DNA of 61,016 bases, the filler included, from Basidioascus undulatus (Eukaryota): NCBI GenBank assembly GCA_000826855.1. It is 7 parts of 7 records of this genome, joined end to end, with 100 filler letters (N's around TTAATTAATTAA, not from the genome) between each part and the next. Parts side by side here need not be neighbours in the genome. Positions count along the whole stretch, not along the records: positions 1 to 26,403 come from JTLS01000189.1; positions 26,504 to 32,190 come from JTLS01001892.1; positions 32,291 to 37,973 come from JTLS01001893.1; 4 more parts are not named here. One strand, written 5' to 3'. How positions within the stretch are numbered: position 1 is the stretch's first letter; every line of letters starts with the position of its first letter. This document shows positions 23,336 through 36,096 of the stretch, in pieces. Position numbers and translations under genes: made by a program. The notes under the pieces are model-generated. The model had not been told where the DNA came from, ran no database searches, and saw only the letters and a program-made list of their open reading frames with translations.

Positions 23336-26086
23336 AGATACCTCTCAGAAATCACACTTTCTATCAAGCCCATTGCATACGCGGCATCATATTGAAAAAG
23401 TGTTGAGAACCCCTCAGACATCCCGCTGCATATCAAAGTTGCATTAGATGCATCAGGAAACCTTTTCAAACATCATTCTGTACTGAGAATAGTTTGTATA
23501 GTCCTTAAATGTATCCGTCCTTGCTGTGGAACGCAACTTGGACTGCCGGGAAGTGAGAAGGCGGAATCAGAAGGACCACCTTCATCCACCCATCCCTTCA
23601 TGGGCACTCCACCTTTCGCAAAATTTCTGCGTTTATTCTATCTCCCTTTGATTCTATGGGAAAGTTCACATAGCTTGGATGAGGGGAGGCACATTTGGGC
23701 AGCACGGATTTGAATAAAGTGGACTTGCATTGTCCTCCAAGGGACTGCTTCCAGCAGGCAACAAAGATCTTAAGGGAAATTTCAAATGCAAGATAACTTT
23801 CAGGTACACACTGTGCCTCCAGCCAAACAGATTGACCGCATTGCCTTGCACCAACAACAGGGCTGTGTCAGTTACGAATGGTGCTTGACATGACCTCTGC
23901 AGAGACAGGTTGCCACAGTAATAAGATATTTCACGAAATTCATAAGTTCAAACCATATCCGTTGTAAGCATTATTACAAAAACAGTCTAAGCGAAGTGAA
24001 ATGCACAGAGGGACAGGGAGTAGTATTGCGGAACTGGTAGACGAAGGAGTTGTAGGGGGAACCGCAAAGCCAAAAAATTGCTTTTTTGGGTTAGTATTTG
24101 ATACTTTTCTAGTTCAGGGCATGAAAGGCGTATCTAATGGGTTTCTGATGGGATTGAATTGGCTATAAGAGGAAGATCTTTTCTTTTAATGAATGTAATG
24201 TCACATTTTCATCAGAATCATTGGAAACTATTGCAATTGATTAGAAGGCATTGTAAACCTCAGCTCCACTTTCGGAACATCGACAGGGACGACGTTGCCA
24301 CTCTACAATCGGTTGTACAGCGCTTGGCTAGCTTGTTAAGCAAGGGAAAGGCCTCTGCTAGGGAGGGCAGAGAGGGGAAATATTGCGCCAGTATATGTTA
24401 GACCCCATGGCCCATGGAGGCGCGTCAGACACCGGCAGCTCACCGCGACCGAGAGGGCACTGTTGCGTAATTTCTTCCCCGCCAACAGGGACGTTGTTCA
24501 TGAGAAGCTGACATTGATGGTTGAGGAAAGTATGCGCCACACAGTCGAGGCGAGCGCTGATTGGCATTGAGAGATGAGTCCTGTCCTTCATTTGCCAGAG
24601 TGACCACAATGAAGAAACACGCACAAGCATTGCTGGCAGCAGCCCACAAAGTTGGACGCCGGAGGAAAGTCGACAGGCAGGATGGGAGGAAGGAGTGAGA
24701 CGCACGACAGTAGCTCTGGCTGTAGTTGACGTGCGGGGGTATAGAATCGTCAGCGGTCTGAACCGCAGCGAATGGAGCGAGCGAGCGAGAAACATGTAAG
24801 ACGCACCTCTCGCAGGTGCAGCGCCAGACGGGGTCGGCGGCCTATAAAGCCACCATTCAGCCCATCAATCATCCCCTGCGTCTCGACCAGGATTTCAGGC
24901 GGACGTACGCTGGCTGGGTTCAGTCCACTTCGCGACGGTGGGCGTGCTGGCGGTTCGGCTTTTACTGGCGGCTCTGGACGACGTCGTCCTTGGCAGTGGG
25001 CGTCGGGGAGCGACGGAGCATGGCCTGCTCTGGCACGACCACTTCGGCGAAGGTGATGTCCCGTTCGGAGAGGGCTGGGGCGCTGCCGTCAGGAGCGAGA
25101 ACGAAGGTGACCGGCGGAGAGTCGGGGGAGCGCTGCAGAGCGGAGGAAAAGGCTCCGCTAGCGAAGGTTGGGAGGAGGGCGGTGAAGGGGCGCATGATAC
25201 TGTTTAGAAGGGGAGTCAGTTAGGTTGTGAAGATGGGGAAAGCTAACCGGAGCCTGAGGGGCTTTTATGCGAGCGCCCTTGCGTCTTGACCGACTGACCA
25301 CGGACCCCCTGGTTAGCAGCAGGATCCGAAGCAGGGGCTGTGGTTCCATGTGCGATTGGAAAGTAGCCCCTTAGGGAAGAGAAGGGCCTGGCCAGCTAGC
25401 CTTGCCATCGAGCATGAGTCGGTTGGCCACGACTGCGAAGCCGGCTCGGTCCTCATCGAACAGTCACAATGCTCAGCCCGCTCACGACGCCTAGCCGCCA
25501 GCCGCAGCACCCACAACGTTACATCACGAGTGCCTCACTTACGACTAGGCCTCGGTCTTCGTCCCCTGCTCGGTTGCTAGTTCCGACTGGCCCACGATCA
25601 GACTGGATGCTTTCAGTCTGCCTCCGCGACTCAATGCATATGTCCCGGCGTCGCAGTGCCACCGCTCGGCCAGGCTTGTTAGAAGGGGTCTATCCAAAAA
25701 TAAAATGAAAACGGCAGCACATGTCCTCGTATGTGGAAACGCAAACCAGGGGCATTGGTACGCGAAAGCGTGGACTGCAACGCGACTGCCACATTAATTG
25801 CCTGAGCCCCGTCCATTCGCCGTCCCATCGTAACACCTCTGGCTGGCACCACTCCAGAGCTGCCCACGCAGTAATCTCGCAGGACTATTTGCCCGCAACG
25901 CCAGACCGCCATCACAGCTTCCGCAGCTTCCGCAACACCCACGCCCTCTGCACACAGCATACCACCAGGACCCAGTATTTTACGGAAGAAAACGAATACG
26001 GAAAGAAACGATCAAGCGACCAAGCACGTCCGCCACCCCCATCCACATCCACCTCCCTCCGTCCACCCACCAAACCGAGCCCGCAG

Positions 26087-26403
26087 CTCACGCCCCAAGC
26101 AGCGCGTCCGCCGCGCGCTTGGCGTTGGCCTTCATGCTCTCGACCTGGAGTTCGAGCTCGCGGATGCGCGCGCGCGCCTCGCGCAGCTCTGCCTCGAGCT
26201 TGGCGTTCGCGGTCGGGTCCTGCGTGCGCGTCAAGACAGGTTATAGTCAGTTCGGACGTCTCGGAGGGAAGGACGGCAAAAGACAAGGAAGAGGAGGCGG
26301 GGACAAGGAAAGGAGGATCGATGTGGGAGGGAAGGTGGGAGGGAAGTAAGTGTAAAATGAATGGCAAGGACAGACTCACCACCGCCGCCAACCCATTGCT
26401 AGC
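26087..26403 (-). CDS. 3' exons of an unidentified coiled-coil protein, truncated by contig end
   Basis: Intron-flanked terminal exon reads DPTANAKLEAELREARARIRELELQVESMKANAKRAADALLGA-stop. Confidence 0.5.
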
Positions 26404-26503
26404 NNNNNNNNNNNNNNNNNNNNNNNNNNNNNNNNNNNNNNNNNNNNTTAATTAATTAANNNNNNNNNNNNNNNNNNNNNNNNNNNNNNNNNNNNNNNNN
26501 NNN
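26404..26503. other. Artificial contig-joining linker
   Basis: N44-TTAATTAATTAA-N44, which puts stops in all six frames; identical at six sites. Confidence 0.98.
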
Positions 26504-27120
26504 AGTGCAACAAGGTAGGGTGGGAATGTGACAGGGGAGGTGACAAGGGTGACAGTTGTCAGGAGTTGGACTGGGTGGGGTATTCATGACAGCCAGCCAT
26601 CCAACATTGACAGCTATGGCTGCTGCTGAGGCTCACCCAGCGGGAATCATGATTGATACTTAATTCTCTTTGCTGGAAACAAAGGTGTATCTGACTGCAC
26701 TGCAAGCAGGCTGAGTGACAGTGACTTTGCCTTGCTGTGGCTGGGGGGCACAAGACTGAGTTCAGGGTCATGTGGTCCACTGCTCCTGTTGCTTATCATA
26801 GGATGACTGTGAATGTGATGAAGAGTTTTATATCGACCCTGGGGATGGAAGTGTTGTTTCACTGTGCTGCACACAGGCTGAGCTAAAACCTTTGGTGTAA
26901 GTGACAGGTGGGGTTTCAAGCAGATTGCTGCATCACACTCTGTATAGATGCCATCGAGCTGAGGATCCCATGACTGTCACAAGAGAGCTCACTGTGAGCC
27001 ATTGTAAGATAGAGTACCCCTGTGCATGGGTACAAGGCTGTTCCTGTCCAATTTCGGGTCCCAGGCCAGGCTGTGCATGCCCAGGGCTGTCACACAACAC
27101 TGCCAGGCCTGTAGTATAGA
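26504..27120. repeat. CpG-depleted stretch, probable old methylated repeat or transposon relic
   Basis: Only 4 CG dinucleotides counted by eye in ~617 nt of roughly balanced GC content, with abundant TG/CA; no convincing ORF. Confidence 0.55.
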
Positions 27121-27463
27121 AAATTTGGATGAAACATCATTGATTTTAGTCAACCCTCTCTGTGATTTTCGCGCTGTTCCTTAGATAATTTGCAGCGTAT
27201 TGTTCGTCCACAGCAGCTGCAGAACGCGGAGCATACAAGATGCAGGCCAAGCAGACAGCCTTCCGTCGCACTCTCTGCTTTCCAGTTGGTATAACCAACA
27301 CAACTGTCATTTCTTTTTTGTTCCATAAGCACTCAATTTGGATTCAAGTCTCTCGCAGCATAGCAACAATTGAACGCTATGTAACGGCGGTGCGAACCCC
27401 CGACGTAGCTAACCACTTCAGCGTCTTCCTCTACCGTCTTCCTCCTTGCTTCCTGCGCTCATC

Positions 27464-28800
27464 ATGACCTCGCCGCGCCCAGCTCCTGTTCAAACCCTCG
27501 CTTCGCTCCCTCCGGAGACATTTCGACAGTGTATCGGCTACCTTTCGAATTCCGATCTGATCTCACTCTCGCAGTCCTCCCGGGCGCTTCAAGCGCTCTG
27601 CCTACCGATGCTCTATTCGACCGTGCAGATCGATTTGACCAGACACGCTCCACTCTTCCCACCCCCTGCAGACCTGCACATTCAGACCCTCGTCCTCCAC
27701 GCTGATAGATTCAAGATCGGTATAAAAACCGGGTTCATGATATCCGCGCCGACGCGGAAGCAGAAGGAGGGCGCGCTGGCGAACCTCGCGAGCGCGGTGG
27801 CGCTCCTCGATCGCCTGGGCAGCGCCGGCGGCAGCACACAACGCATCGTCTGGAGCGTCAAGGTTGAGGAGTATATCCTCAACTATCAAGACATCCACCT
27901 CGCCGTGAGGCTCGTCAGCGCTATTTCAAAGCTCCCGGCTCTCGCCCACCTTGACTTGCACGCGCTCCACCATCTTCCGTGGCCGAGGGCCATGTTCCCT
28001 CCCCTTTCGAGTCGATCAATGTGAAGGGGTATATCTGGCTAGTGGCACCGTTTCTGGCATCTTTCGTGCGGGAGTAACATCCTGGCCTCTGGTTTCTCTG
28101 CGCGTCCTCCGCATCTCAGCAGCAGGCACAGCGCCCCCCACATTCTTCGACCAACTCTTCCCCCTCACCTTGTGCTTCAACCGACTCGAGACTCTCTCCC
28201 TCTTCAGCGTCCTCGTGCCCTCCTCCTGAGCGATGCTGCACGCCTTCCTCGCCGCCCACTCGCGCATCACCTCCCTTCGCATCCTCCAGATTGGTGTACA
28301 GGAACGCCGCTCTCGGCGGCACGCAAAGCACACCTCGCCCATATGCTGACCTCCCAGAGACTGCGCTCCCCAATCTGCGCTGCCTGACAGGCAGCATGCA
28401 TGACGCCTGCGACATTCTTGCGGCCGACGTCGGCTGGGCGAACCACCAAGATGTGCCAATGCCGATGTTTCTCAGCCTAGTGCAGGACCGGAGCGTCCGC
28501 CTTCGCGCACTTCGACTGCTTGACTACGAGGATGGCCTGCAGCTCGGGGGCGCGCTGGCACTTGTGCCGTGCTTGCACGCCTCGCTCGAGGCGCTCGAGT
28601 GGCATGACGGGCAACGGGAGGGACTGCAGGTGCGTTTCTGAGCACCGAACTACATTCATTTCTTTCCGGTTTCCTCCTACTGACACAACACCCGCCTCGT
28701 CAATGCCCGCTGCTGCAGCCTCCGCCCCTGCGCCTTTCAAGCAGCTCCGCTATCTCAAGCTCGGACTCAACATCGGCCTGCGTCTTTGGCGTGCAGCTGT
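27464..28800 (+). pseudogene. F-box/LRR-like protein, disrupted
   Basis: N-terminal LASLPPETFRQCIGYLSNSDLISLSQSSRALQALCLPMLY (F-box) and LxxLxL repeats. In-frame TGA at 28227-28229, after which the LRR-like reading continues (AMLHAFLAAHSRITSLRI), then a frame change before LPETALPNLRCL. Confidence 0.65.
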
Positions 28801-30439
28801 CTAGGCGCTCTGCGATACCCTCACCGACGCTTGCCCATCTCTCCGCGTCGTCAGCTTCCATCTTGGGCACATCTTTCATGTCGCGCGGCGGCGGTTGTGG
28901 GAAAAGGGCGAGAAGGGAGGACAGGAGGCGGTGCAGCGCGAAATAGGCCGGTTCGCGATATTTGAGCTTTGAAATGAATGGATTAAGAGTTTGGTATGGC
29001 ATGAGAAGGAGCACGCGGCTATATGAGCGGGTGTGCGTTGTACTTCAATTTGGTTGACACAAAGGGCGCACTAGACCGTCTTTCAAAGAGTTCTACTTGC
29101 TCCTGCTCAATTCTTTCAGCTCTCCCGAGTTGTTCTTCCTCTTGAGAAACCTTCAGGACAGGTTGAGGTTGTGAGCGCTGCACATTCTAGATCGCTTAAG
29201 ACGGGACCATGCTTCCGGTCGGCTGGTTACACCCCTCGTTGCGCCCGCTTATATGGCCCCGTCAGAAGCGGCTTTTATGTCGGTATTTTTAATGTATTCC
29301 AGCAAGTCTACAGTGTTGTCCGAAACTTCTAGGGAAATGATGCAGCTGAAGGTCATAGTGTTGGCGCACACCTTCACATTGTTCCTGGTCAACTAATTTT
29401 GGATGCTGCTACTCGGTGTTCTCTGAGTTCAAAGCAGTGTCTGCTTCTCCCTGGTGTCCACCCACTCCTTCCCAACTCCTCTAGGGGCGACTGCGTCGGA
29501 CTGGCGAGTCGCTGCAGTCGCTTGCGGAATCCCCTGCTTATTGACTTTTTCCAGAAGTGTAGCAGAGTTCTGGCTGAAATGGAGTAAAAGAGCACATAAC
29601 TTTTTGTGAATCGCCTGGGCTATCAGAAACCGCACATGAGCAGGGCCTCGCAGATCGGATGTGGGGCAAAATGAACCGAATGTCTCTGCAGAATTACTGC
29701 CAGAATGTGTGCTGAAACTGAAAGCACCACGAGTCTCTGATAATTTGCCACCGCTGGTTTGCAGAAGCGGTCCAATCTTACGGTTCCAATCCAGTGTCAT
29801 TTCGCGACCACCGCCGCGCCCTGTATCTTTCGTCCTTCACTCGCCCGTTCCCACCCACCCACGCCTACCACGGACTTTTTGACTCTTCATAAGCTCTGGA
29901 GCTCGTTTGGAAACTCTGACCCTTGGATTCGAGATCATCAATCATGCCCATTCAAATTCGCGTCGAGACTGCTCCCCGCATCGTCACGGACGCTGCTGGC
30001 GAGAGATACGTGTCATCGCTGGATACCAATTTCATTCGGAAACACTAGTCTGGGTTTCGGTCTTGCGGGAGCCTCCCTTCCCATCCCGGCTTTCGCTCAC
30101 TACTGAGGACCCGCTCAGTCGTGCCAAGGAGCTGCTTGGCGGACGCACGCAGTATGTTCTCCAGATGGCAAACGCACTTTGGGTCAGACACATCCTGACT
30201 GGCTGCAAATACGACCTCGACCACTACACTGAGCCGCCCTCACTCGATGACGAGACGCGCGTGCTCCTCGCTTCGTGCAGGCGGGAGGAGTCCAGCGATT
30301 TGTGAATTTCGTGCAAGATGTCTACCAACGGCTGCACCCCGGCCAGCCTTTTGCTCTTACACACGATCAAGTCGCCGCGTCCTTCGAGATCATTGAATCA
30401 TTATATTCCGATGTCGGCGGCCTCTGCGAAGTCTGAGGC

Positions 30440-30535
30440 GCTGCTTGTCGATCGATGTGCAAGGCATGTTGCGGTGCCGTACTGCGGCCTCTCGCATCAG
30501 AAGGAGGACTGGCCGAGGCACAAGACAATCCGTCT
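30440..30535 (+). pseudogene. MYND zinc-finger remnant
   Basis: RCARHVAVPYCGLSHQKEDWPRHKTI matches the second half of the MYND pattern (CxxC...YC...Q..DW..HK..C), with Cys ligands lost. Confidence 0.55.
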
Positions 30536-32190
30536 TCACATTTTCCCACCATTGCATTTCGTTCCCCAGCTTTGCGCTTATTCGGGCTCGTTCCGTTGTA
30601 ACCGGGCGTGAGAGGCGAAGGGCAGGGTGCTGGGCAAAGAGGTGACAGCGCATGGCTCATGAAGCATACGAACCCTTTTCTTGCAGTGTTTATTTGAGCA
30701 TGTGATGCTCTCTTCGTCCAGCACAAGATCAGGGGTCCAGAGCGTCTGGGTGAAGTAGCCAGACCGGAATGGCCAGTTTACCCATGGGCTTGCTTTGACT
30801 TGAGAGATCTTGATCTTTTCGACAACTAGAAGCTGGAGCAGGGTTTCCACCATTCTCGTCGTTGCCATGCCTTTGAGCGAGTGGGTTTCCGCCTTGTCAT
30901 GCTGTCTTGTCTCGCCTCACTGCGCGTTCTCGGTTTTCGTATTCCTTTGTCCTTCGCCACCCAAGGATATGAGCTGTAATTCAGTTAGCTTGCTCCTTGT
31001 ACTGTGGTCGGAGGGATGTTGGCCACGCTGCACGCTCCATTTAAATCCGGGATGGCCACTGCGCCAATCTTCTCTCGCTCCCCAACCGCTCGTGAGACAA
31101 CGCCAATAGCCTACCATTTTCAGAGAGAGGAATGCCATGTAAGATTATTTTCAGCCACATCATTATCAAGTGTAAGATGGGAGCCATGCACGCCGTCGTG
31201 CATTGAGGAACGCCCGTGGCACATTCACCTTTGTCGAGACCGCCTCGCCTTTGTCAGTACCGTGCACTAGAGGACGAGAAGGGGATGAACCAGTATTTGT
31301 AGGTCCAGGGACTTTATTCAAGAGTCCAGAGCGTTGTGCGCGACCTCCGGGCGGTCATGTCCAACAGATGCGGGTGTCCGATGTTCGCAGACTGAGCACA
31401 TAAGCTTCGTATGAAAGCATAACATCGAACAAGGTTCAGAAATATGCTTAAAAATTTCTTATCTCGAAACAAGCTGTCCATCTCCATACGCCGTCTTGAT
31501 TTTTGGATCGATGGGCGTTACATGCGAGAAGACGCAGGTGGGCGGTAGATCAGGTTGGCGGTGCGTTTCACTGCACTACTATCGGCTTTTCCAGAGCCTC
31601 AGTGTGTACGTACCTCTGGTAATTTTCGAAAATGGCCGGGTCTAAGCAGGGTTCTGCGCAACGATGTTCACATTGCGGAGGAATTGGCAGGATGCCCGAG
31701 CTCACCCAGCCTGCTTCGCGGTTGAGCTGCAGGTCTGTGCAACTTCAACTCACGCATACATGAATAAAGTTCCTTACTAGTTTGATTCCTTTCTATTTAA
31801 CTCTTTCCTCTCGCCTGTCCTTCGGACGTGTGGCCCAGAGGACGTGTGCAGCACTCCCCAGCTGGCTAGGTGCGCTCGACACTCGGCTTGCTCCAAAGTA
31901 CGGGTGGCATCATTCGAGATGAGACTTGAATGTCCATCGAGCTTGGATTGGAAAACCATGGTGCGAAATCTGCCCACTACTTGCCGTCAGGCGCTGCGTT
32001 CCAAGCTTGGGAGGGCGCGGTGCATTGCTCGCCAGAAGAACAAGAACAAATGATTGGGTGTTGCACACAGTAATGGAAGATGCTAGTACTCCTTCACAAT
32101 TAATTTCAAGTTAGCATTCTAGAATGTGAGTCGCTGTAGTACTCGTCGACGAAAGTGGGAGGGACACCCCGTGTCGTCTACCGTCCGACC

Positions 32191-32290
32191 NNNNNNNNNN
32201 NNNNNNNNNNNNNNNNNNNNNNNNNNNNNNNNNNTTAATTAATTAANNNNNNNNNNNNNNNNNNNNNNNNNNNNNNNNNNNNNNNNNNNN
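32191..32290. other. Artificial contig-joining linker
   Basis: N44-TTAATTAATTAA-N44. Confidence 0.98.
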
Positions 32291-33152
32291 GTAGCAAAGG
32301 GAGAGGGGAGGGAGGGAAGAGGAAGGAGGAAGGACTCTTTCCAGATTCCTTTGCGCTGCGGTAAGGGAAAGGGAGATGCAGACAAGCCCGAGGTGGGGAA
32401 GACAGCGGAGGAATTATTGCGATGCGAAGGAAGGGGAACGACGTACTGCCGAGCCGTACGGCCGCTTGACCTGCCGCAGATAGTCGAGCACTTTCTTCTC
32501 CGCTGCCGCCTGGAAACTCCCAATCCCTTCAGCGTAGTCAATAGAATGACCATAAGTAGTGTATCTTGGGCTTTCGACTGACGCCACTGTACCATCGATA
32601 GCCGCCCATGCCATTCTTATTCTCCGGATTCAAATAAAGTATCTCTCTTCAAGAACCAACTCAGGAAACTTTCGTAGGCGTTCCGTTATGAGGAGTGAGG
32701 AATATCTTCCCAGCCAGCGCAAGATACTCGTTACATCACTCGCTCGAGAAAGGGTTCAAACGCACCAGACTCCAGAGGTCTGGGTGATAAGATTGGTAAC
32801 TTTTGCAAATTTTTTAGTCCATTCTCCGTTGCAGTATAACAGCTCCGGGCAGAGCCCGCAAACGGAACCGTCACGGTAACACTTCCCTCGACAAACGCGA
32901 AGTCAGACTGTCACAACAATGCTGTACACTGCTGCTGCGAAAGACACAGGACACAAGTCACATGTCGCAAGGCGGGATGAAAAGCGAGAGAAAGAGAGGG
33001 GCGAGAGAAATCTATGGGGTACGAGTACGTAACGGGCGCTGTGCGGATACGGAGGAGGCAAGAGAACAAAACGAGAAACGACTCGGCATATCATGTTTGG
33101 CACCAGGACGACAGAAGAGAAAGAAGTCAGAAAAGAAGAAGAAGAACGTCCA

Positions 33153-35180
33153 TCATATCCAGTGCCCCCCACCCGGGGCGATCCGACTCGGCGCCCTGGC
33201 CTTCCTCCTTCGGTCCACTGCCACAGCCCCTCCAGCACCACCCAGCGCATCGCGGACGAACGACCCGTCGTCGCTCACGCGGTAACTAGACGCGGCCTGC
33301 TGCTGATGGTACGGACCAGAAGGAGCGAGGGGGGGGTCTCCCCTCGCGCCCCACCTCTCGCGCATACACTTGATATCCTCCAGCGTGTCCGTGATATGCT
33401 CCTCCGCCTCTTCCTCCCCTTCATCCGCATCCGCGAACCGCCGCGTGGGCGTGGGCGTGGACAGCCGCCGGCCTGGTGCGGCGGCGGCGGTGGAGGCAGA
33501 CGAGTAGATGCTGGATGCGGAGACCATGCTGTACACGCTCACGGAATCCTGGCTTGCCGGGCGGGGCGTGAGCGCGCGGATGCGCGAGGAGGCGTGGGAG
33601 GCGATGGGGCGCGGTGCGGGCGGCGCGAACGGCTGGGTTTGAGGAGGGGAGCGCAAGGCGGCGGGGAGCGTGGGGCGCGGGGGCCGGGAGAGCGGCGTCG
33701 AGGCGGCTGGGTGCGTGAAGAAGAGGTCGGACAGGCGGGGGAGACCGGGGGAGCCGTCGCCTGTGTCCCCCGGAGAACCTGTGGAGATGTAGTAGCTGTC
33801 GAAGGTCGCTTGGCTGTCCATTGAGCGGCTGTGGGGCGCAGAGCTGCAGGCGTACGCGCGGTCAGGGACTACGCAACGGAGGAAAGCTGGCATGGAATCC
33901 ATCGACGTACGCATAGCTATTCGTCCCCGATCGGAAGTGCACGCCCTTGGGCTGCATGAGCTGGGACGGTACGGGCTCCGGCGACGAGAGCACGGAGAAG
34001 ATGACCTTGTCGTTGTCCTCGACCGACTTTTCCGACTCGGTTACAGGCAGGAACGTCGGCATCCGCGAGTCCCAAGTCTTACGGCCCGCAACGAACGACT
34101 CGCCCGAGAGGCGGTGCGCGTCCCCTGAGGACGCCTCCAGTGCGGCGCGGATCGTGCCCGGGCGGAACGTCCCAGACGCGAAGTGCGAGAGCACGGTGCG
34201 GTTGGGGCGCGTGAAGGCGAAGAGGAGGAAGATGAGGAGGGGGAGAGAGGCTGTGTGACAGGGTCTTATCAGTCCAAGATGCCCTACGGAAGTGTGAGGG
34301 AAGGCTAGGACGCACCGAACCACAGCGGGACGAGCCACTCCGTCGCCTCCCAGTCGCCGAGCCGGAAAATGATCTCAACCAGGACAGTGGTGGCCATGCC
34401 AACGGCGAAGACTGCCAGACGTGCGCACGCAACGGCGGAGGTGAACTCGCCTGGGTAGCGGTCGATGCCGACGATGTGGTGCCCGGACCAAAGGAGGAGA
34501 ACGAGCGACGCCGCGAGGGGGACGACGCGTAGGACGAGCGTGACTGTTCCGCCTCAATCCTATCAACATTCGCTCCAAGGTTTCCAGAAACTACGGAGCG
34601 CACCGATGTCGGTTGTGCGACTGTGCACGACCGTCTGGATCCTCACGAACTGGACGAAGCCGTCCTCCGTCGTGAGAGCGGCGAGGACGGCGGGGAGGAG
34701 GAGGCAAGGGAGGGACCAGAGGAAGGGTGCGCTCGTGGACGCGAGGACGAGTCGCCGGCGGGACGGCTTGCGCGGGTCGGTCGTGCCGTTGATGTTGGCG
34801 TGGCGGGACGTAAGGAAGAGCGCGAGCGCCGCGGGGACTTGGAGGGCGGTGAGGGAGGTGGTGGTGTAGTTGTCGCTGCGATTTCCCTCTTCTCAGTTCA
34901 CATCCATGCCCTAAGATAGGAGGTGAGAATGGCGCACAGGATCCCGATCGCCACGCAGAACTGGCCCAGCCTCGCTCGCTGCATCGCTGCAGCCGCAACA
35001 GACTCTCTTCCGAAGTTACCGAGCAGCCGGTCGAGGACGGGGAAGGGGATCAGCCCCACGAGCGCCCGGAGGATGCCCGCGAAGAGGATAGCGGAGATGA
35101 CGGGGTGCGTTTGGGGCTGGTAGATGGTCGTGGAGAAGAAGAGGAGGAGGAGGAAAGCCGCGCCGGCGCTGTACAAGCCT
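33153..35180 (-). CDS. Uncharacterised multi-pass (about 7 TM) membrane protein with long Ser/Pro-rich C-terminal tail; start not resolved
   Basis: Hydrophobic segments in successive exons: GAAFLLLLFF, VISAILFAGILRALVGLI, FCVAIGILCAIL, FLWSLPCLLLPAVLAAL, LVLRVVPLAASLVLLLW, LAVFAVGMATTVLVEIIF and LPLLIFLLFAF. Canonical GT..AG introns. Confidence 0.6.
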
Positions 35181-36096
35181 GCCGGGGGCGCGTGGTCAGT
35201 CTTGTCTTCGCCTGGCGTTTCGGGACTGGGAAATGAGGACTCACATAGACAGCTAAGTTCGAAAGCCCCAAACATATCTCATGTGTTATCGGCTGGATGG
35301 ATAGCTGGCCAGCGAAGGGTTCGAAGGGGACAGAAGGAGGGGCGCCAGGCCCCGCTTTGAAGAGCGCAGCGCGAAAGGAGCGTGAAGGTGACTAGCACGG
35401 ATGCTGGCGGTCGTGTGCCGCCGCATTAGTTAAGAAAGACGAGCGAGCGAGATGAGAAGAACAGAACGAGGAAAGCGATGGAGATGGTGAGCAGGGCGAA
35501 AAAAAGGATCGAACGCCGGAAGGGGCAAGGCTGAGTGGCCCGGATACGGTTGATGAGCACGGAGAGGGGATAGTGGGCCGCAGTGGTTCTGAAGTGCAGA
35601 GTACAGGGCATTGCATACGGAGCTGCATGTGTTGCTATGCGGAAAATGCCGCATGCAGGTCTTCCAAACGCATCCGATGGACCCCAACGAGCGCGATAAA
35701 TACTCGAAAGCGGTCCACTGCGTCGTGGCCGTCGTCTTGGTGAGCGGTGTGCACGTCAAACTGGTACTTGATCCTATGTACACGAATCTGACAGGATGAG
35801 GGTTGGGTTCCACGGCAGGGGGGAAGCTACGATTGGGGAATAGGAAACGAGGGGAGCCTGCACAGCTTGCGTTTGAAGTCTGGCAGCCGGACCATCCGCG
35901 GACGAGGAACGGAACCGACGCCTTGCAGACCTGCCGCGCCTGGTTTGTCTTCTTTTTCCTTTCTTCGCTTGCCGCGAATACCTCTTATCGGTACTGACCT
36001 CTCACTCACTCTTACATACTTACGCTATCTCGATCCTTCATTCAAACCGATTGATTCGTGCCGGTGCAGTTTTCGGTGCACCAGCATCGAGGTAAG

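Noticed and set aside
24800..25195. Short minus-strand ORF resembling a secreted peptide precursor
   Set aside because: Weak signal peptide, stops downstream and no recognisable family.
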